A stretch of DNA of 42,360 bases from Paraspadella gotoi (lineage: Eukaryota; Animalia; Chaetognatha), in contig JBJCIZ010000217.1 in NCBI GenBank assembly GCA_051294375.1, positions 1 to 42,360 on the forward strand, in the 5' to 3' direction. The translations under genes and the position numbers were made by a program. Shown here in pieces: positions 33,104 through 42,360 of this stretch (positions within the stretch are counted from its first letter, which is position 1; each line of letters begins with the position of its first letter). The notes under the pieces were generated by a model that worked only from the letters and a program-made list of their open reading frames with translations, had not been told where the DNA came from and made no database searches.

Positions 33104-35423
33104 CACTGTTTTTTTTAACAATGCAGTCGAAAATTTTCACAATCCTGTACAGTTTCTAGTATAATTTTAAGTGCTTAAAACGATTAACAAGGTGTCCTCA
33201 ATCAGATTTAGCGTTAGACCTACGCACAATTGACCGGAAGTTGACGTTGACTACAACATGGAATTTTTCTCTTTTCTTTAATTGCAAGATAAGAAAATAG
33301 TTTTATAAAAATAATAATTGCCTAAATTTGAAGTTATTCTCATTATTTAATAAGTTTTACTTAAATTTTTTTTTATAAAAGGTTCTTACCCATAGTGGGC
33401 GTGTCCATAACCGGAAATGACGCTCAAAAACTGATAAAATACGCAATATTAATAGTTTTTGATCTACTATAAATATAATGGTTTTTTATTGTCAAATGAT
33501 AGTTGTATCACAAAGAATTATCATTTATATCATAAAAACCTATCATAGCTTTAAATAGACAAAATAAATATCAGTTACAAAAGATTCGTTTCTTAGTAAC
33601 TGTTAAAATTCAGAATTAATATTATTTCTTTATTTATTGTTGAAGAGACATCATATGCACAGGAGATAATGAATTAGTAATAGTATTAAGCATCTAAACT
33701 TTTTTTTTGACAAGGACTAAAAAAATATTTAGTATTAAGCAATTCGTGGTGGGATTTATAAGTATAATTTTCTTACGTTTTTGCCAACATTTTGATTCTT
33801 ACTAATCATTTTTAAAGGCAGTCCAGAGTAAAAGTAAATAGTTCCTGAAAAAGTCAGGTATGGAGAGAGAGATAAAGAGAGAGAAGCAAAATACAAAAGA
33901 ACTGCCTTGAAAATGATTTGTTCTATAAAGAATCAAAATATTAGCATGAAAGTAATAAAATGAACTAAATATTTTGTTATTCCTTATCAAAACAATAAAA
34001 TATTTTAATAATTTTATATTGCTGTATTATTTATTATAATGAAACCTTGATATACTCAAGGTTTGAATAAAGAATCGTTTACTTCTAACCCTGGGACTTA
34101 AGGTTAAATGAAAACTAAATAGAAAAAAACTAATTAATAAGTTTAATACAGCTTATTAAACTGAATCTTATATTCGTATCAGATTTTAAACAGTGAAACA
34201 TGTTTTTTAACTTTTAACATTCAAGTCTTCATCCACATTTATGATTGTCAACAGTTTTTTACTTCAACAAGAAATATTTGGGAGAGAGAGGAGAGAAAGG
34301 AACAGAGAGTAAGAAATTAGGTGAGAGTAAGGGCAGAGAGAGAGAGTAGAAAGAGAGAGAGAAAAAATGTTCACAAAAGATTTTGTGAAAAGGATAGAGG
34401 TCGAGGTGAAGACAGGTAAGGTTTTAGGCCAGAGAGGAGGAGAGATAGAGATAGGTTTGAAAAAAAAACCTTTTCACTGTTTAAAGATAAAATTGTTGCT
34501 TGAACTACTTCAATGCTTTCCAATTCAAAAACAGGCGACGAAAGAAAGGATTTCAATAATGGTTATAAATGATAATTTTTTTTATGCTGATTGAAGATTT
34601 TTTTAAGGAAAAGACAAGAAAAATTATAAATCGGATTAATTTAATGATGCACTGGATTATTGTTTTCTTCTCATCTCCTTCACTGGAAAACTTAAAAACA
34701 GGGGTATTCCCTCTAAAAGATTTACATTAAAACTTTATGAAAAAAGGGTCTAACTTCCGGTATAGTTTTGAGCAAAAAAATGGATGCCAGTAAAAAAATT
34801 ACTGATAATAATTAAAATTAGTAAAAGGTATTAAAAATTAAAACCAGGAATTAAATTATAAAATTAGAGCAAAGTCTCAATTAATTTGAAATGAATTGAA
34901 ATGAATTTAAATATTACTAGTTAAGTTAAAAGTCCCTTTGGCTATTAAAAACAAACGCTTTTTAAGATGTAATATTTGATCACCAATATGATAAAATTTT
35001 TTTATGAATATGGATGATAAATCCTTTGTTTATAAAGCGTCATATAACAGTAAAAACTATTAGCAGTCAGAATAGATCAAAAACTTTTATAATACATATT
35101 TATTGATTAATCGAGGCACATTTTCCGGTTTGGGACACGCCCACTATTGATGAAAACGCCTTTTTGAAACATTTTTTTTCTCTAAGTCTCTTATTAAATA
35201 ATTATCCTAAATTGCAGGATAAGTAAAACAACAACTGCCTAACTTTTTATTTGTAGTAATTCCATATTGTAGTCCACGCCAACTTCCGGTAAATTGTGCG
35301 TAGGTCTAATGGCAATTTGATTACGACACTTGTTAATCGTTTTAAAGACACTTAAACATTATACTAGAAACTGTACAGGAATTTGAAATTTTCGAAATTA
35401 GCATGGTTAAAAAAAAAACAGTG
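33104..35423. mobile_element. 2.3-kb non-autonomous TIR transposon with CACTG termini (CMC/EnSpm-like); mirror copy at 37070-39584
   Basis: ta|CACTGttttttttaac ... gttaaaaaaaaaaCAGTG|ta; imperfect TIRs extend ~400 bp; no transposase ORF. Confidence 0.8.
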
Positions 35424-35495
35424 TAATATACTATAACTCTCTTTTCGTTGTTTTGAAATATTAGGAGACAGTTTTGGTTTGACAGCGATTTTTGA

Positions 35496-35535
35496 CTGAT
35501 GAAGGCTCTAACCTCATGACCGAAACATGTCTGGC
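35496..35535 (+). ncRNA. Hammerhead core in a mini-PLE footprint (mirror at ~36947-36990, minus)
   Basis: CTGATGA-a-ggctc/taacctcat/gacc-GAAA-catGTC; stem I appears lost. Confidence 0.7.
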
Positions 35536-35644
35536 TAATATGTCAAAAAATTCGTTGTCAAACCAAAACTGTTTTTTCCTGCCTAGTACTTTTCATTAAT
35601 TTTCTTGATACTATTCTTGCGAGATCCTTATGCTTTTAATATTT

Positions 35645-35890
35645 TTATCATAGCCGATGACCGGCGAAGCCGTTCAGGCCTTGAATATGATTCGGGTGAG
35701 ATCTTGTGACGTAGTCGTCGTCGGCGTCGTCGGCCGTCAACGCTTGTTTTTAAATAAAAACTACTACGCTTTATAGGTTTGGCTGTCACTTTTACCGTTT
35801 TTTTATCAAGCATGGACCGTTCAGGCTGACATGTCATGTCGGGTGAGCTTCTTTGTGACGTAGTCGTGTCGTCGTCGTCCGTCACCTGAT
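35645..35890 (+). repeat. Two tandem HINE-like 5' ends with (GTC)n microsatellite
   Basis: ccgttcaggc...tcgggtgag..ct.tgtgacgtagtcgt.gtcg..gtcg..cgtca occurs twice; related to 32296-32390. Confidence 0.55.
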
Positions 35891-36021
35891 TTTTCTATAT
35901 AACAAGTTTGAAGCAAACAATGTCGGATCTGCCTACGATAATTAATTAATGTAAATTGATTTATTAATTAAATAGAATTAATTAATAATTATAGATTAAA
36001 TAATTAATTAATTAATAGATT

Positions 36022-36128
36022 AATTATAATTTATATTCAGCTTGTCATCAATCGATGTCCTTAAAATTGAGTCAGGACAGTTTATTAAATGTTTTGGTTT
36101 ACATTTATCAAACAAACAAATATCCTCT
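36022..36128 (+). repeat. Dispersed repeat shared with ~7833-7942
   Basis: attataatttatattcagcttgtcatca.tcgatgtc...atcaaacaaacaaa.atcctc in both. Confidence 0.75.
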
Positions 36129-39100
36129 ATTAATCGAGCCAGGCGGGCAAAGCCCGTCCTGTCTAGATTTTTTCCGGTTTTAGCTTTCGTCTCGCTTTTT
36201 TGCAATCATGGCTTGAAAAATTCAAACTCCCTATGATATACACTTTCAGAAGCTGATTGCAAAAAAGCGAGACCGAAAGCTAACGAAAAAAAATCTAGAC
36301 AGGACGGGCTTTGCCCGCCTGGCTTCGATAATAGAGGATATTTGTTTGTTTTGATAAATAAACAAAACATTTAATAACTGTCCTGACTCAATTTTAAGGA
36401 CATCGATGATGGAAAAAACAAAAAAAAGCTGAATATAAATTATAATTAATCTAGTTAATTAATTAATTATTTAATCTATTACATTAATTAATTAATATCT
36501 ATTATAATATATAATCAATTTAATAATTAATTATCGTAGCAGTATCCGACATTTGTTTTGGGCTCAACTTGTTATAATTAAGAAAACAGCGTGACGGACG
36601 ACGACGACGAGACTACGTAAAAGAAGCTATCTACCATGAATTCAAGCAACGGTCTTCGTACCGGTCATGGCTTTGATAAACAAACGGATAAGTGACAGTC
36701 CAAACTACTAAAAGCGTAGAGTTTTTTTAGAACAGCGTGACGGCGACGACGACGACGACGACTACGTTCAAAGAATCTCACCGAATACAATATAAGCCTG
36801 AACGCTTTGCGCCGCGTCATGGCTTGATGAAAAATAATTAAAAGACTAGAGGATCTCGCCAAGAAATAGTATCAAAAGAAAATTAATGAAAAGTACTAGA
36901 GGGAAAACAGTTTTGGTTTGACACGAATTTTGTTGACATAATTAGCAGCACATGTTTCGGACTCATTGAGTTTTAGAGCCTTCATCCAGTCAAAAAAATC
37001 GTTTCAACGCAAACACTGTTTTCTCCTGAATATCTAAAAACAACGAAAAGAGAGTATTATAGATAATTACACTGTTTTTTTTTAAACCATGCATTCGAAA
37101 ATTTCAAAATCCTGTACGTTTTCAGTATAATTTTAAGTGGCTACAATACGATTAAACACAAGGTGTCGTCAATCAAATTATTGCATATAGAACCTACGCA
37201 CCATTTACCGGAAGTTGTGCGGTGGACTAACAATATGGAATTTAATACAAATTAAAAAGTTAGGCAGTTGTTTTTTACTTATACCTGCAATTAGTATAAT
37301 TATGTATAATAAGTAAGAACTTAGAAGAAAAAAATGTTCAAAAAAGGGTATATCAGATCAATACGTGATGTCCCCAACGCGAGAATAGTGCTAGCGTAAT
37401 CAATTAAATTGTATTAAATTAAAGTTTTATGATTCTATCTGACTGACTAATCGAAGTTTTTACTGTTATAGAACTGCAGCTTTATAACAAGGATTATATC
37501 AGTTCATAAAATAAATCTTTATTCATAATATTATCAAATATTAACATCTTAAAAAGGTTGTGTTTTTTAATAAGCAAAAGGACTTTAACTTTAACTGATT
37601 AAATATTTTATAAATTTCATTTCATTCATATCATAAATGAGAGACTTTGCACATTTGTGTATTAATTAATCAACTTCTCCAATGGGTATTTGAATTATAT
37701 TAGATACCCTTTTTAGCTAATCTAATAATTTTTATTCATCAGTAATTTTTAATGGCATTCCAATATTTTTTGCTCAAAAACTAATAGCGGAGTTAGCAAC
37801 TTTTTTTTCATAAAGTATTTATGTAAATCATTAGAACGGGTAAATACCCTGTTTTTAAAGTTTTTCCAAGTGAAGGAGAAGGCGACACACAACTATCCAG
37901 CATTAACATAAAGCGTTATCGTATTATAATTATTCTTTATCTTTTCCTTAAAAGAATTATCCTCCAGTCCAGCCGCACATAAAAAATTAATCATTAATAT
38001 CACCATTTGATGACAATAATTCTTTCGTCGCGTTTTTTGATGGAAGAGTTCTGAGAGTAGTTCAAGCAAAATTTTTCTTCAAAACAGTGAAATGTTTTTT
38101 TATCATTCCTATCATCTTATCTCTCTTTCTCTAGGCCTAAACCTAACCTGGTTTCCACCTCGACCTCTATCTTCCAATCTTTGATTGAACATTTTTCTCT
38201 CTCTCTTCTCTCTCTCTACATCTCTTCCCATTACTATCACCTAATTACTTACTCTCTGTACTTCTCTCCTCTCTCTGCCCAAATATTTCTTGTGAGTAAA
38301 AAACTGTTGACAATCATAAATGTGGATGAAGACTTGATTAAAGTTAATAACATGTTCGCTGTTTAAATCTGATGAGCGAATATAAGATCAGTTTTATAAG
38401 CTGTATAACTTTATTAATTAGTTTTTTTCTATTTAGTTTCATTAACTTTCAGTCCAGGGTTTAGAAGCTAAAAACGATTCTTATTCAAACCTTGAAGTAT
38501 ATTCAAGTTTCATATATAAAAATAATACAGCAATAATAAAATTATAAATATTTTATTGTTTAGTAAGGAATACTCAATATTTAGTCATCTTTTATTACTT
38601 TTGCCTTATTTTGATTCTTATGAACAAATCATTTTTTCAAGGCAGATCTTTTGTATATTTCTGGCTTCTCTACTGCTTTAATCTACTCTCTCCCATACCT
38701 ATTTTCACGGAACTATATTAAGCATATTGGGACTATCTGACTGCCTTTAAAATGATAGTAAGAAATCAAAATATGTTGCAAAAAGACGTAGAGAGAGTTT
38801 ACTTAATAAATTCCCACCACGAATTGCTTAAAATTACTAAAAGTTTTTAGTCCCTTGTCAAAAAAAAGTTTAGATGCTTAATACTAATTAACTAATTCCT
38901 TATCTCCTGTGCATGATGATGATTCTCACAATAATAAAGAAATGTAATATTAATTCTGAATTTATAAGCAGTTACTAAGAAAACGAATCTTTTGTAACTG
39001 ATACTTCATTTGTCTATGTAAGACTATGATAGGTTTCATGATATAAAATGATAATTCTATTGTGATACAACTATTCATTTGCACTAAAAAACGATGTATG

Positions 39101-39689
39101 ATTTATAGTAGATCACAAACTATTAATATGCGCCGTCCATTCTCTCATCATGTTGTTTTGATGACTGATCATTTATCCGTTTATGGACACCGTTGAAATC
39201 TAATTCTGCACTATGCAGGTATAGAACTCTTTTATGAAATATTTAAAAATTTAAGTAAAACTTATTAATAATGAGTAATAACTTCAAATTTAGGCAATTA
39301 TTATGTATTTTATAAATAACTATATATCTGTTACTTGCAATTATACACAGAATTTAGAAAAAAGAGAATCAAATCATGTTGTATTCAACGTCACAAACTA
39401 TCCCTGGTACCAGTATTGCTGGCGTAGGTTTCATATACCTCTGAATCTGAGGGTGAATTCTGATTGAGATTACCTTATAATGCAGTTTTGCACTTAAAAG
39501 GTTTATATAACAACTAAACAGATTCGCGACTAGATGTTGGAAAATTTCTCTCGAGTGCCACTTGATTAAAAAAAAACCAGCGTGATTATTAGTATAACAC
39601 AATAAAAAGTACTATAATCTAATTGCAATATTGGTGCCAGTAAATCATAATTAATGGAAATTTCAAAAAAAAACTTGATATGAAACAAA

Positions 39690-39724
<35 letters not shown>

Positions 39725-42360
39725 AGAGCTGGACAGCCGCTTGGAAAGCTGCTGTACATCACTGCAGAGCCTGAGAACTCGCTTTTTTAAAACTGTTTCA
39801 GAAAAGCACGGCGTTGTCAAAATACGGAAAAAAAAATATTTATATAATTTAAAAAAAAAAGAGCCAAAAAATGTTACAATTGTTTACAAATAGAAATTGT
39901 TATAATTTTTTCCAATCATAGCTTGTAAAAGATTTTATGTTTGTATTTTGTAATAAAATAGAGATATAGCGCCTTATTAAAAATGTCTTTTGTTTACAAG
40001 TTTTTTTTTGATTTAAAGATTTTTAAAAAAAATTATTTCATATTATTACTCAATATGGTAGAATTACATTAAAGCATTTCTTATACTTATTTAAATATTT
40101 ATAATGAGAATACTATAACTCATTTGCATTATTGCATGTAAGATCATAATGGAATGTAAATTTAAACAAAGAAATATGTAAATCCAAATGTAATAATAAA
40201 ATTTTAAAACTATTTTAAGATTAAAGCTATATCTACAATTTAACTTCTATCAATCACACGACTATTTATAAACTTTAATCATCAATTTATAAAAAATTTA
40301 TTCTAAAAAAAGGTAAGTCCCAGCCAAACTATAAATAAATAGTATTTTTATATAAAAAAAGTGGACGCCAACGACAATGATGACTACGTCAAAAGAAAGC
40401 GCTCAAGAATTAATTGGCAGATAATGCAAAAGCGGACGCTTCTTTTGTGTACGTCGTCGTCGAACTGCTTTTTTTTTTTATATTTAAAAACTACTACGTT
40501 TATAGTTTTGGCTGGGACTTACGTACCTTTTTTTTAAATAAAATTATTATGAATTACGATGAAGTTTTATAAAAGTGTTGCAAACATCAGTAGGTTAAAA
40601 ATTTAGATATAAGCTTCTCATCTTGAAATAGCTATGATATTTTCATATTACATTTGGATTCAAGTATTTTTGTTTGAAATTAACACTTAATTATGATTTA
40701 CTGCCAATAGGCGAAATAAGATTATAGTATCATGATATATTCAAATTAGTATTACTAGAAATGCTTTAATCTAATTTACATATTTCAGTAAATAATAATG
40801 AAGAATGAAATTATGTCCAGCTCTCTCTGTCGTCTGCTCCTGTCTCAATCTCTTTCTTTGTTTCTTGTTATCGATTCAAGTTATTTTTTGTTTGAATTTC
40901 TACTTCCATTATGATTTACTGCAATATTGCAAAATTAATTATAGTTCTTGTTCATTAATTTCTTTGATACGTATTCCTTGGCGAGATCCTTATGCTTTTA
41001 AGATTTTTTTTAATTTGTTTTATAAAAACAAGTATTTTTAAATGGTTTTCTAAAAGACGCCAAATACTCTGGGTTGAAGAAAGTTACAATTTTACCGAAA
41101 TTAAAAAATAGAAATAATATTTTTTACAAATGGAGACCAAAAAACAAAACAAACGAACGGACAAAAACGAACCAGACAAAAACGTAAGATTTAAACAAAC
41201 TATTGTGGACCTAAAATCAAACCATTCCGTTCTTCAGCGGCCATTGGTGCAGGACGCCAGTCATTCGCCTTTCAACCAAAGGTGGCGTCATAGCAGTTAA
41301 GAAGGAGCGAAGCGTTTAACCCGCCTGTAAACTCGGTGTTACAGGCCTGACCCAAGCTAAGGTTCTGTCACTATTGACACTAAACTCCAAACAATTTTTA
41401 AATGTCTCTGGAACCAATGGCCGCTTCTGAACGGTTGGTGGATTTTTTAGTCCCACCATAAACAAACCTGGACAATCCTTGGCTAATGCGAAGACATCTC
41501 ATCCTCTCCTTCCAGAATCCCAAAGCAGTTCACATCCTTAGAATTTTCTTTCTTGATTCGTGTAATCAAGTTTTTCAGATGTGGCGTCGAAAACTCGGAT
41601 GCTGGCAGGCGCCGTCGCTGTCTGCGCGGAGAGGTTGAGCAACGCTGATTCGTCGTTGGCGGCGCGCGAGAAAGAATTTAATTGGTAATATAGTATTGTT
41701 TTTGGTACCAACGAGGAGTAGATTATGCAGAGAAAAGGCATGCGCCGGGGGCACCGCCCAAATGACAATATAACAAAAAGTCCATAAGGAGTTTGATGTT
41801 TGTTCTTGAGGTAAAGTTGAAAGAAGTGATCGAGTTCCCTCTCTCGTTTCTCTTGCCGTCGCCTTTCCTGAGGGAAGCTCCTCTCGATTGGTCAATCAGA
41901 ACGAAACGACAGAGAACCAGGAGAGACAAGCCACTTGATAATCCATTCTCTGCGTTGTTACTATGTAAGTATCATTTACTTACACGCCCTACCGAAAACC
42001 CCTTCTTAGAAGAGATAGTAATAATTGTTATGAGTTAATGACAAAACCGTTCAATATAAGCATTTTTTTCTTTTTGTCACTGAGCTTCGGATCAGGCCTG
42101 TAACACTGTTACAGGCGGGTAAGCGCGCCATCCCTCTTAACTGATAGGCGAACCACCGGGCTAGAACCCGGACCTTTGGTTGGAGGCCAAATGACTTGCC
42201 TCCAGCCACCAATGCCGGCTGACTGAACGGGTTTTGGATTTTATTCACCATCCTCCTAACTCCTATACCCCTCACCCCTAGGGGCCTTGCCTAAAGGTCT
42301 ATAACTATCTAAAATTTGATAGCATACCAGTTATAATAAAATTATCCACTGATTAAAAGA

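Larger units (their letters stand above)
32274..35648 (+). mobile_element. HINE-like family A element split by nested insertions
   Basis: 5' atctcgccaag-attc-cttggcg hairpin/subTIR, degenerate (GTC)n, AT-rich core repeats; 3' end ttgcgagatccttatgcttttaa resumes at 35584-35648. Confidence 0.6.
30403..42360. repeat. Giant inverted repeat: arms ~30403-36218 and ~36244-42360, ~25-nt spacer; probable fold-back artefact
   Basis: Right arm is the indel-rich reverse complement of the left arm up to the window edge. Confidence 0.93.

Overview
AT-rich eukaryotic (probably invertebrate) repeat-dense DNA from an unpolished long-read assembly. No complete host gene can be supported. The real biology is (i) several families of Penelope-like retroelements (PLEs: frameshifted RT + C-terminal GIY-YIG endonuclease, CT-rich pseudo-LTRs ending in minimal type I hammerhead ribozymes, mostly inserted as an inverted pLTR followed by a forward copy), (ii) Helentron-type non-autonomous elements (HINE/DINE-1-like), one family of which carries a tRNA-Gly-like cassette, and (iii) TIR elements, including a 2.3-kb CACTG element. 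Much of the window is redundant or artefactual. 1-5620 recurs at 13776-19443 and ~21950-27380. The GC-rich block 19745-25780, with all its long ORFs, is an A-to-C miscalled fold-back read around a disguised PacBio SMRTbell adapter (21892-21947). 30403-42360 is a giant palindrome with an error-rich right arm. The best candidates for undescribed biology are a conserved coding extension after the PLE endonuclease (NLS-like and PIP-like motifs, synonymous divergence across three subfamilies), a KADD-type RT catalytic motif, the covarying hammerhead set, and the tRNA-carrying HINE-like element. All alignments were made by eye, so boundaries are approximate.
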